Shown in pieces: positions 52,401-64,000 of a stretch of DNA of 64,000 nucleotides (position 1 is its first letter; each line of letters begins with the position of its first letter). The notes beneath the pieces were generated by a model that worked only from the letters and a program-made list of their open reading frames with translations, was not told the origin of the DNA and searched no databases. The stretch spans positions 21,826,001-21,890,000 of the forward strand of contig CM059433.1 of the NCBI GenBank assembly GCA_030390025.1, given 5' to 3'. Both the position numbers and the translations under genes were made by a program. The DNA comes from Squalus acanthias (taxonomy: Eukaryota).

Positions 52401-52874
52401 GGACACTGGACACTCAGTGCCCTGTTGCATGAATCTTTAATTCCTAGATACTATTTCCAGGTTGATCTATGCCATACAAGATCCCAATACTATTACAAAG
52501 AGTTGTGGAAACAATACTGTGTACCATCATGATCTCTAGCCAGAATGGTCTATTAGTTTCAAAGCAGTGGAATTTAAAACCAATCATTGAATTACATCTC
52601 CAAAATTTCTCCAAGCAAAGGATTTTCAGCATTCAAAAGCAATAAGGCCAGGCTACTATGTTAAGTCCTTTACAGAGACAGAGTTACTACAGGTTCACTG
52701 AACCATGTGGCAACAACTCAAAAAAAACCCTTTGGGCTATTATGAGACGTTTGATTTTTAATACAAATCTACCTTGTGGTTATGTGCAATGCAATGAGTG
52801 TGCAGTGAAATGTGTACAGAGGAATTCCTTTGTAGTCTAGCAGATCCTTATCCTCTTTAAGAATAACTGATATA

Positions 52875-53581
52875 GGGAAAAATTTGGTCGCGCCCCTTTG
52901 GGGCGCTAACTTCTCAGAACGCGAAAAAGTTGGCGCTCCTGCGCCCGAAATTCACTGGAAGCGCTCCCCCTCCCTCTCGGGATGCTGCGAGTGAATATCG
53001 CGGCACTATGTGCCACAGCGCCACGCGCTCCGGCACGTCGCGCCGCGGTACTGCAGGCCTTCCTCCTCTTATTAAAGGGGAGGGGCCTTGTGCAGCGCGA
53101 CCCTGGGCCCAGCTGGGCCACCAGGGATCAGGGTGCCAGCAAAAGAGCCCAGCACTCAAGAGGAGTGCCGGGTTGACGGAGCACAGGCAGATACCCCACG
53201 GGGGGGGGGCTGCATAGGAGGCCGGGGTCGGCAAAGGGGGCAGGTGCTGGCAGGTGGCCAGCAACAAAACTGCAGCCCGGCACCTCCCCTTTAAATATCA
53301 CCGCCTCGGCCGCACGTACGCCCCCCTGACCCTGTCGGGCATCGCGTCCGGCAGTAAGTCAGGCGGTGCTATCGAACTTCGCGGCCAGGGCGTGAGCAGG
53401 GCGCTGTGCACAGTGATGATGTCATCGCCACGGGGCGCTAACGGTTACCGTGGACACTAACCTCCCGCTGAGTTTCACAGGAGGCGTTAGCAGCGCCGGC
53501 CTAGGCGCTAGTTGTTTTGCGCCCCATTAACACCCTCTTAGGGCGCTAACGGGAGGCGCAAAGCAACCGAATTTTGCCCCC
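52875..53581. mobile_element. Non-autonomous Harbinger-like element, homolog of 16728-17621
   Basis: Shared ends ggtcgcgcccc..tttggggcgc and gcgctaacgggaggcgcaa; TSD ATA. Confidence 0.8.
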
Positions 53582-53716
53582 ATAGTGTCTTGTTCAAACA
53601 CCAAGGGGTAGATTTTCAACTTGCCTCCCGAACATAAAACTGGCTTTGTCGATCGGTTGCCTGTTATAGAAACTCCCCAGTTTTTATTCCCATTGAATTC
53701 TTGAACATTCTCAGTC

Positions 53717-54055
53717 AATTAGCATTAAAGCAAGTTCAAAATGCTTGATAAAATACATAAACCCGCACAAGAGGTTATCAGCAAAAATGAAATGCAGGGA
53801 ATTGGAAGCAAACTTGCAACATGGGTTGGAAATTGGTTGAGAAGTAGGAGACAGAGAGTAGGGATAAAGGGAACATAATCTGATTGGCAGGATGTGACAA
53901 GTGGCATTCCCCAGGGATCTGTACTGAGGCCTCAGCTTTTCATCATATGTATCAATGATTTGTATGAAGGAATAGAGAGTTGTATATCCAAATTTGTAGA
54001 TGAGACTAAGTTAGGCGGCACAGTAAGTTGTGTAAATCAGAGCAGGAAGTTACAA
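53717..54055 (+). mobile_element. CR1 RT fragment
   Basis: [22 protein letters not shown]...SKFVDETKLGG. Confidence 0.85.
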
Positions 54056-54512
54056 ACGGAGGGAGGGTGGCGGCGGCCAGGAGGGAGGGTGGCAGCAGTG
54101 ATCAGGGGAGGGGTTGTGGTCGCGATTGTAGCCAGCAGCGGCCCACGGTTATAATGTGGGGGTCAGGAGAAGCACTCCTGCTCCTCCCGACTTCATATTC
54201 AGGTAAGTATTTTTAACAAACTTACCTTGTTGGTTGCAGCCTGCAATAGTCCTATTAAGGACTGCCTGTTAGGCCGCATGTAGATGTGCTTTTCCTGAAT
54301 GGAGCCACTGCTGCCTGCCTCAGGGCAAACCAATATTGCAGAGTGGATCTCAAACAAGCATCAGGCCACTTATTTACACATGTAGAGGGGCTAACGCCTG
54401 TTTCAGACACGGGCCCAGGATGCCTAATTATTTTGCCTACACCAATATGGCGTACATCACACTGCCTGTTTTTAATGTGCGTGCATTTCCTGTCCACCAT
54501 ATCGAAAGCTTA

Positions 54513-55187
54513 GAGCTGGATTTTTATTGACCCGTGAAAATGGGTTTGGAGGCGTGTGGGGGGTTAAAATCGCGAAAACTGGCGGGCGGGCACAAGCCCG
54601 CCTCCATCCCGCCTCCATGCAATTTTCATTAAATCGTGTCTGCTGGTCCCAATTCCGTCCCGCCTCTAAGAGGCGGGATAGGTTGTTAAGGCCCTTAACA
54701 AGCACTAAATTGCCTCTATAATGCCATTTTGAAAGGCCTTTGTGATTTTAACCCTTTTTCTACGTGAAGCACGCCTGTTCTGAACCACGAATGTGAAACC
54801 TGGCGGGAGCACATTTGGATAGCTGACGCTGACTGGCTGGCTGGATGATCTGGGAGTGGTGGTGGATGGGAGACATATCTGGGAGTGGTGGTGCAAAAAT
54901 ATCTAGGAGCAGACTCAGGGCTGCTGCTGCTCATTTTGCATCCAGGTCCTCTCACAGCAAAGGCCAGGCAGTCTTTGCAGACCTTCAATGCAGCAGCAAT
55001 GATGACATCATCAGAGGCGACTTTCAGACTGAAAACACTAATTGGTTCATGGGTTCCCACATGCTGGAACTCAATTGCCCAATTAGGTGAAAATCGCATC
55101 AATCTCCCACATCCAATTGCAGTCGGGTAGATAACACAAAAAGTGGATGACTCGACCCCAACCTGCCCCAGTATCAAAATCCAGCCC
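54513..55187. mobile_element. Harbinger-like element nested in another TIR element (about 54056-55230)
   Basis: TIRs gagctggattttt / aaaatccagccc; TSD TTA. Confidence 0.8.
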
Positions 55188-55234
55188 TTAGTGTCCGAAA
55201 AACGGCTTGGCACCATCGAATTTCTAGGCCTTAG

Positions 55235-58200
55235 ACTTCCATATTCCCTTTATATCGCTTTTATCGCCTTAAATTCTGCTTTTAAATATCTGTGCAACTA
55301 CAGCCTTAGAGCCTTCTGTGCCTTCATTCCATTGAGAATTTTACTATATAGGTTCTATTTCCATTCTCCATTTTCCCCCAAAACGCAGCACCTCACGCAC
55401 TCTTACCTCTCCTGTTATAATCACTAACTCTTAAGTGTCTGTCTGCTTCATATCCTTTAGCAATCCCTCTGTCCTATATCCACCACTTCACATTGAATGC
55501 AATTGGTCTTATTCTTAACAAGAATTCTCTCATGTTGCACTTTATCAAATGCTATTATGCTTTATGTTGATGATTAGTCTTTTTATACTCTCTCTGAACC
55601 CTTTTAATCTCCCTTATTGCTTCTCTTGCTATTTCTGCTGTTTTTTCTGTATTTCAAACCTCAACTTTGTCGTACGTCTCCTTCTTAGACTGTAATTTAG
55701 GCCTGAACTCCTTATTCATTAGTTAAGCTTGGGTCGTTGCTACAACTCATTTACTTCTGATTCGAGTGTTTTTAGTCTGTGCCCTATTGATCTTGTATTT
55801 AAATATTTCCCACTGCTGATGCATAGTTTTATCTGATAACGTTTCTGTCCAGTTAATCTCCTTCATCTTTCTAAAATTTGCCCTTTTTCAGTCCCAACAC
55901 CTTTATTTTTGTCTCTGTTTTTCTTTATTTATTCTGATTGTAAACCTAATTAAGCTATGAGCCTTAGCCAGCAAATCACTTACTTATCCTGGTTTATTAT
56001 CGAGATGCGGAGATGCCGGTGTTGGACAGGGGTGGACAAAATTGAGAGGTCGCACAACACCAGGTTATAGTCCAACAGTTTTATTTGAAATCACAAGCTT
56101 TCGGAGCTATCGATTGCCCCTTCCTCAGGTGAAGTAAATAGATACAGAATCGCCAAAGCATATATAGATAGAGAACAAAGCATGTGTACCTTACAATTGC
56201 AGACCACTAAATTAAATCATCCTGACTATCAGCAGTCAAGGACATTCAGCCTCGGATCTGCGGGTAAGCGTTCTCCAAGGCAACCTTAGAAACACACGAC
56301 AACGCAAAATCATCGAGCAGAAACTGATAGCCAAGTTCCGCACTCATGAAGACGGTCTCAACCGGGATCTTGGGTTTATGTCATGATACATGACGTGATC
56401 CGGACTCGAGTCGTCGTTGGCTTGTTCACAGATGTGATTCCCAGTAAAAAAGTAAAAATTTTCCCAGTAAAAAAGTAAAAATTTTAAAGCTTTTCGTTTT
56501 ACATACAGACGGCAGCTTTTGACACGTTAGAACCCCTGCGACTACACCTCATTGTCTCAGTTGTATCTTGCTATGTCTTTGATGTGGTACCTTCCTGGCT
56601 GACCTGATTAACTTTATCACACCTCGGCAGATAGTCAGGATGATTTAATTTAGTGGTCTGCAATTGTAAGGTACACATGCTTTGTTCTCTATCTATATAT
56701 GCTTTGGCGATTCTGTATCTATTTACTTCACCTGAGGAAGGGGCAATCGATAGCTCCGAAAGCTTGTGATTTCAAATAAAACTGTTGGACTATAACCTGG
56801 TGTTGTGCGACCTCTCAATTTTATTATCGAGAACCAGGCCTAGTACTGTATCCTTCCGAGTTGGATTTGAAACACTGTGAATTATGAATCAGTCCTGAAA
56901 GCATTCTATGAGCCCCTCCCCATTGACTACCATTAGTTGTTTTATCTCTGGATAGTTAAAGTCTCCTGCTATCGCAGTCCTTTGACTTATGCAAACCTAT
57001 TTGAATTGTCTACAGATATTTTCCTCAGTTTCTTTCTCACTATTTGACAGTGTATAATGGATGCCCAATATTGTTACAGAGGTCTTATTATTTCTCAAAT
57101 CAATCCAGTGAAACTCAGCCTGAACAGCAAAGGAAGCAATTGTTCCAATTTACTTCATCGAACTCTTTCATAATTTTGAACGCCTCTATTAGATTTTCTC
57201 TCAACCTTCTCTTTTCTGATGAAAAGAATCCCAGTTTCTCGCATTTCTCCTCATAACTAAAGCCTCTCATCCTTTGTATCATCTTGGACAATCTCTCCAT
57301 GGCCTCGATATCCTTCCAAAGGCACCCAAAATTGTACACTGTGGGTCTGAAAAGCCGCGGGCATGCGATCCCATCGGTTATGCCGGGATTGAGCCCGTCA
57401 GTGCCCTCCAGCACTGATCTTGCTGGAGTTTGTATGCTCAGAGGGAGGGCACCTCATTTGCACGGGGCCTGCAGGTACTTGCACCACTCTGGCACCCACC
57501 TGCCTCATGTAGCCAGAAAATCCATCACCAGCCCACCATCAGGGAGGGGGAGAACTGCTCAGGTAGCTCCAAGATCTCAGCCATTTCCACTTTGGCCCTC
57601 TGTGTGAAGAGACAAAATCAGATCGCTGTAAAAAAAAAATACTTTCTTCAGAGCTCCAGGCCTCAACCCTTGCCTATACTCAACCAATCCCCCACCTCCC
57701 CACAGTGGGACCTACTTGTGCCTATCTAGAGTCCAATTATATCATGTTTCTCAATGTACCAGTATCCAGTCCAACACCAGATCCCTTCTAGTGAAGTGAA
57801 ACTGCCGGCGTAGGGAGCCTCCATCCTGGCATCTCCCTCTTGGTATCATTGAACTAAATCCTGCCAGAGTTATGGCAGGAGTCTGGTGGAACCTTCGGAA
57901 AAGTCTGCAGCCCCTATTCTAACTGCAGCCAACCTAATGATTTATAGAAGTTTGGCATCGCCTCTATGCCTAGTGTGTTTTATATCCCTATTTATAAAAC
58001 CTAGGATCATATTTTTTTAACAGCTTTATCAATTCACCTTCCCATCTCTAAAGATTTGTCTAGCTGAATCGTTAAGTCTCTCTGCTCCGCTACGCATTTT
58101 AAAGTTTTACTATTTAGTGTATACGCCCTCTGCTTGTTCTTCCTCCTAACATGTATCACCTCTCATTTCTCTGCATTAAATTTCATCCCACCATCTATCT

Positions 58201-58740
58201 GCCCAATCTACTAACTTGTCTGCGTCCTCCTTGAGTCGCTTGCAGTCTTCTTCACAGTTAACCATGCTCCCTAATCTTGATTCACCTGAAAATTTTGATA
58301 ATTGCGCCCCTCCTCCCAAGTAAAGATCATTTAGAAATATTGAGAAGAGCAATGGTCCCAACAATAACCCCTGGAAGACCGCTGTTTACATCCCTGCAGT
58401 CCAAAAAACATCTATTGCTCTCTGTTTTCTGACCTTTTCTTTGTCAATTGTTTACCAACTTCCTATCTATGCTGCCACACTCCCATTAATACCATATACC
58501 GTAATTTTATCAACATGCCTTCTACCTGGCACCTTATCAAACACTTTTTGAAAATTCATATACACTACTTCTACTACATTATTTCCTAAATGCACTTCGT
58601 AAATTAGTCAGATACTACTTGCCTTTTACAAATCTATGCTGGCTGTCTTTAATTAACTGATCTTTTTATTCCATATTATTAATTTTATCCCATATTATGG
58701 CCTCCAGTTGCTTGCCCATGAGAGATGTTAGAATTACCTT
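55235..58740 (-). mobile_element. Old CR1 LINE remnants (endonuclease and RT), interrupted by Penelope and TIR insertions
   Basis: IAGDFNY near 56950-56972; LGPLLFSIFLNDL ORF 58176-58364; EKLGFFSSEKRRLRENLIE ORF. Confidence 0.7.
56006..56819 (+). mobile_element. Penelope element with ~190 bp inverted arms, each carrying a hammerhead
   Basis: 13-bp TSD tttattatcgaga (55993-56005, 56820-56832); GIY-YIG tail EQKLIAKFRTHEDGLNRDLGF on +; CTGAGGA...GAAAGCTT at 56732-56765 and its mirror at about 56095-56129. Confidence 0.9.
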
Positions 58741-59946
58741 TCATGGTTTTCAGTAGGACACAAAAATAAAAAAGTCTCAATTTAATTAACTGTAATCCAC
58801 AAGCATCTTACTCAAGTAGGAAAAAGCTTTATGGTCATCTGTGGGCTCGATGCTATGTTTCACACTGAGGTTCCATTATTTCTGTGATTAAATGTGAGAG
58901 CCTTAGTCAATACTCTGTTCATTTAGCTTTCTATGAGAAAAATATACTTCCAAAAACATAAGTTATTTTGAAATGGCCCGCACCCAGAATTCAACAGTTT
59001 TACAGCAGCGAGTTAGTGACCAGGAAAGCAGTATGAAAGACAAATATCACTGAAAAATAAAATCGTGCAAAAGTTTCAGAGGTTTTTGATTTAGATGCAT
59101 GAGATGAATTCATAATAGAAAGTCCTGGCTCTGGTGCGCCCACATGAAAATCAATTACACCCACACACTGCTTTGGTAAGTGCTAAGGGAAATGTAACAC
59201 ACTAAATTTCTATTTTCTCTCTTAGTCTTCTCTTGCTCAAGCTATTCCTTTTCGAAATTGTGTTTCAGTTTAATGATCTGGTATTTCTTTTTAATTACTA
59301 AAGACTTTAAGGTTCATCAGATGCAAGTTGGAGACTCGGGGGTTTCATCTAAGGTTGGGAAACGAATAGGATTTCTGTCAGGCAGTAGTATGCGGTGGGA
59401 GAATGGGACCAGTGTGCTTTGTCTTTTCTGCATATGCTTTAACTACATATTTCTTGTTGATGAAGGGAAATCGGCGTAAACACCTCTATTTAAAGTTATT
59501 TCCTGCCTCTCTTTTTCTCCTTGGCTCTCCGACAGCTATGCATGAATTGATCGCGACACGTGACCTGCTCTCATGCCTCTGCCAGTGCTAATCTAAGTGG
59601 GTCATTAGGAGCTGTGTGAGGAGCTCAGTAATGACTGCCTCCAGTTTATTTTCCCTTCTCCCTTAGTGACAGTGTGGTAGCCTATGCTCAGCACCTCTCT
59701 ACAATAGCAGGGCTTAGACTCAGTCATATAAGGGATCACATGGCAAAATTCTAAACCTTGATGTCTTTGTAACCATTTTAAATATGTCTTTATGTGACTA
59801 TTTTTTTCTCGGGTATAGGAGGAAGAACGTGAGGTTATAGGAATATAAACACTTCAGATGGATGTAACTTTATCTAAGATGTCCAAGGGTCTTCCTACAG
59901 CCTTACAAGATGATTATCTCTATGACATATGATATTAATGTTCTGA

Positions 59947-60312
<366 letters not shown>

Positions 60313-61891
60313 TGATTTGGCTTCCAAATTTCCTTTCCTTGCTCAGAGGAAGTGCACTTTGTCCACCACAAGCTTTCTCAGATCCCATGAGTAATCACAA
60401 TGTATGACACAGCTTGCCCTTGTGCTAACGTTTGCACCAGTAGGCTGTTCTGTGCGTTTCTTTGTTAAATGTATTTTTATAGTGTAAATTGCGCTTTAAA
60501 TTCAATTTATAAGCACTTGAACTGAGCAGGATTATGAATTCTTGGGGCCTTGGGCGCCAAGAATATTTCGGGCCCTCCACACCCCCAAACAACGCTCACC
60601 TCCACTTTAATCCCGATCCATGACAACACTAGTATGTAAAAAATGTATACACAGTGCATTAATAATAAAGCAGATCATATCACCATCTACCACATTTAAA
60701 TGAAACTTTTCCAGCGGTTGTGTTCTGTTTTTCTGCATCATGGTGAGTTTTACCGGAGGACCGATATTTGACTGGAGCCCTTGAGCACAGGCCCCATAGA
60801 CCCGTGCGTTAATCCATCTCTGCACGTGAAACATTTGTTGTGTGTAACACCTGTTACTAATAGTATTCTCTCACATGATGCAAAACTAGGTACTGTAGAG
60901 GAGCAAAGAGATTAGTGAGCCCAAGTACACAAATCATTAAAAGCCAGTAGACAAGTACAAACAGCAATCAAAAAGGCTAATGGAATGTTGGCCGGGAAAT
61001 CTGTCATCTCTACCCATGGGGGTATTTTGCCTTAGAAAAATATAAACTGGCCCCCAAGTGGCCCCCTTGGTAAGGGGGCTGCAGTTCAAAAAGAAAATCT
61101 TTACTCACATCTTCTCGGGTCAAGGCTACTTCTGTGGCCTGGACCCACCCCTACAGTGGTGTCCATTTGCAACATTTAGGAGGTTAGAACTCTTCCTCTC
61201 ACTGGGCATGCCAACCTCCAAACTTGTATCAAGTTCCACGGAGGTTGGGGATGCAGGAAATCCCAGCCTTAGGGAGTCCCTGCCCATGGCTCCATCCCTG
61301 CAGATACAGGGCACCATGTTTGGGGTGGACGGAGATTCAGCCCCAGATGCTCCCCACCCCTCCCCCCCAACACAGAAACAAGCAGTAAAAGCTGAGACCC
61401 AGCACATCCCTGCCCAGCCTATTTCCCCGGCCTTCCACTGCATTTCTACCGGAGTTACAGCAGGTGGCACCAGAAGGCCCGTGAATTTTCAGGGTCACAA
61501 ACATTAACGTTTCAACCATACAAAACCAAACCCCAAGTGAAAACTCTACATGAATCAGTCACCAAGGGAAAAGCCAATGACTAAGAGAGTTCCACGTCAC
61601 CTCTCACTAAAGTTAATTAGCTTTACTCCTAGTTCCTTCTATCAGAAGAAAACTCCAGTAGTAACAAGACTACTTTTCCAAGTGGAAAACTAAAGAAAAG
61701 TCTGGAAATGCAATGGTAAAGTAACAGGAGGGGAGAAAGGTACCAAACAGCAGACGTCCTTGATGCAGACCTCAAGAAGAAGGATGGGAATACCGCCATT
61801 TAAGAGAAACTGACTTCTCCACTTACAAATCCATAGTAAAGCCCGATTTTCTTACTAATTAATACCAAATGATCATTAAATAATTTGTAAT

Positions 61892-62175
61892 AAAAACAGA
61901 AAATGCTGGAAACACTCTGCAGGTCAGGCAGCATCTGTGGAGAGAGAAACAGAGTTAACGTTTCAGGTCAATTACCTTTCATCAGACCTGGAAGATGTTA
62001 GAGTTGAACAGTTGCTAAGCAAATACAGAGGCAGGGAAAAGAGGGCAGGGAAAGAACAAAAGGGGAAGTCTGTGATAGGGTGGAGGGCAGGAGTGATTAA
62101 ATGACCAAAAGGATGATGATACAAGGCAAAATGAGGCGATAATAAGACAAGTAAGAAACAAAAGATGTGTCCAGA
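61892..62175 (-). mobile_element. Penelope pLTR fragment with hammerhead (61953-61986)
   Basis: Reverse complement CTGATGA-a-aggt-aattg-acct-GAAA-cgttaact; family of 5166-6092. Confidence 0.8.
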
Positions 62176-63257
62176 TCTATTGGCCGGGAAAGCGAGTTTT
62201 AGCAGACACATGATCAAACACGAGAAGTGAAACTGATACCAGTGATGATGAACAGGGTTAAAGAAACTAACAAGAATCCCGTCAGAGAGAAGAGCGGAAC
62301 TTCTTCAAGATGGGCAGTTCTACCATGGAAGTTGTCACAGCTAAGCTCAACCCTGCCCTCAACTTGGGCTTAAAATCTCACTCTGCACGCATATTTGTAT
62401 GTTTTGAAACTGCTTTGTTTGTTATTTTAATAGAATTTAAACCATTTAAATAGTGGCTGGAGGAATTCAATACATATTGATTGGATCATTACTAATATTG
62501 CACACTGTGGTTTCAACCTTATGGTGTCCACCCATACACAAACCTTCGAGGGTCATTGTGTCTTGGCTGATATCCTGCTCCATTGCCCCAAGGAAATTTG
62601 AGCCAAAAGTATGCCTTAGCACAACCGCCCAGTCTGAGACTAACTAACTCAACACAGACCAGGAATAAAACATCATGCAGTATGTTCATTCACTGTACAG
62701 TCAGGGGCCACATAAACTAGCTGTTGAGTGGGAAGGAAGATTATATAAGATGCTGCACATGGCATCAAGCAGAATTCTATTGTGTGCACAATGGAATACT
62801 TTGCTGGATTTGTATTTCTTCCAAGTGAGTTGAATCTTCTATGAATGTTCTTTATCAATATCTTCAGTTCCAGTCTTCCCCTAAATCAATCCTGGGACTA
62901 ATACCTAGAATACTATAACACAATTTTGGGATGAAGCATTTCACTGGTGATAATAAGGGTGATGTTAATGTTGTCATGCCTATGGGCAGCTTGGTTTAAA
63001 GATTTCAGCAATATTGATTTTAAAACGTATTTAATATCTGCTGAGGTTTGTAACTTAGAAAAAATAGGATCTTATCTTTGATTGATCTGATTAAAGTTTC
63101 TTAACTGGGCTGATATATTCCCATCAGCTCATTATGCACCAGACTGTGCTTAGCTGGTTCATTCTGACAATGTAGCTCTTGGGATTCTATTACATTTGCA
63201 ATAAAGAACTCCAAAAGTTGCTTCTGAGTTTAAATATTTAACAGTTTTAGGCTGTGT

Positions 63258-63385
63258 ATAGGAACATCGGAACAGGAGCAGACCATTCAGCCCCTCAAGC
63301 CTGTTCCGCCATTCAATTAGATCATGGCTGATCTGTATCTTATCTCCATCGGGTGCCTTAGTTCCATAACCCTTAATACCCTCAC
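63258..63385 (-). mobile_element. CR1 3' tail
   Basis: ataggaac...ccattcagcccctcaagcctgttccgccattcaattagatcatggctgatc. Confidence 0.8.
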
Positions 63386-64000
63386 GTCTGACATGGTCAT
63401 TTTAAATATGTACTAGGACCCACCCCTGGTGCCAGGTGCCATTACTAACATACATTTCTCATAGCTGGGATATTAATCTCAGGTAAGACAATACTGTGGA
63501 ATCACAACGACAACTGTCTGCAGTCGATACATGAGAACCAGTTTTACAAGTGTATGCTTCTGATGCAGAGCCTAACTCAGTGGGAGCACATCTCAGGCAA
63601 TTGTGGATGGACTTCCCATGATTTCCCAACATGTGCTCCCAGCAGGTGCGGCTCATTGGCAGGAGTGAGGTTTTGTAAAATCAGCGGTTCGACAAATTTA
63701 GTAAAATATATCATTATATAAAAAATCTTGAAACTTCAAGACAGGCTTGATGAACACAATCAGGTTTGATGCATTAGCAAAAGAGGCACTAGGGGACTGG
63801 AAAGTCTGGTCAGGAGCCAAAAACCCAGACCTGCACCACTTTCACATTGAACACGGTATTCCAGCAGGTATTTTACATTTACTTAAAGTGTTCTTGCAGA
63901 AAATATGCCGTAGCGGGTGTGGGGGGGGCGGCGGGTTGGTGGGTGTTGGGGGTAGTCGGGGGCCAGAGGAGGATTGAGGCCTGAGGAGGATTGGGAGGGG

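Noticed and set aside
60530..61495. Additional small TIR-like elements (also about 36280-37105 and 57341-57914)
   Set aside because: Probably more non-autonomous DNA transposons, but TIRs and TSDs were too degenerate to define confidently.

Overview
Eukaryotic, repeat-rich DNA, inferred to be from a cartilaginous fish (shark) because of HER1/CR1-type LINEs, an HE1-like SINE and DeuSINE-like elements. The window lies inside a large + strand gene. Five GT-AG exons (26538-26656, 31107-31176, 34439-34555, 47608-47817, 59963-60151) splice in frame into a Sushi-CUB-Sushi segment that best matches my recollection of CSMD1. The rest is intron, packed with CR1, L2 and RTE LINE fragments, Penelope-like elements carrying minimal hammerhead ribozymes (several as fold-back inverted repeats), many PIF/Harbinger derivatives (transposase and Myb/SANT remnants, non-autonomous TIR elements), SINEs and an ERV-like LTR/PBS/gag remnant. 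The most notable observations are: a candidate alternative terminal exon that would give a truncated, potentially secreted CSMD1; a Penelope fold-back copy with identical arms and a flipped interior; a four-level nested transposon with a LINE inserted in a hairpin loop; two diverged TIR elements with conserved hairpins; and a probable 1.26 kb inversion. All family assignments come from motif recognition, not database searches. I found no clearly new coding system.
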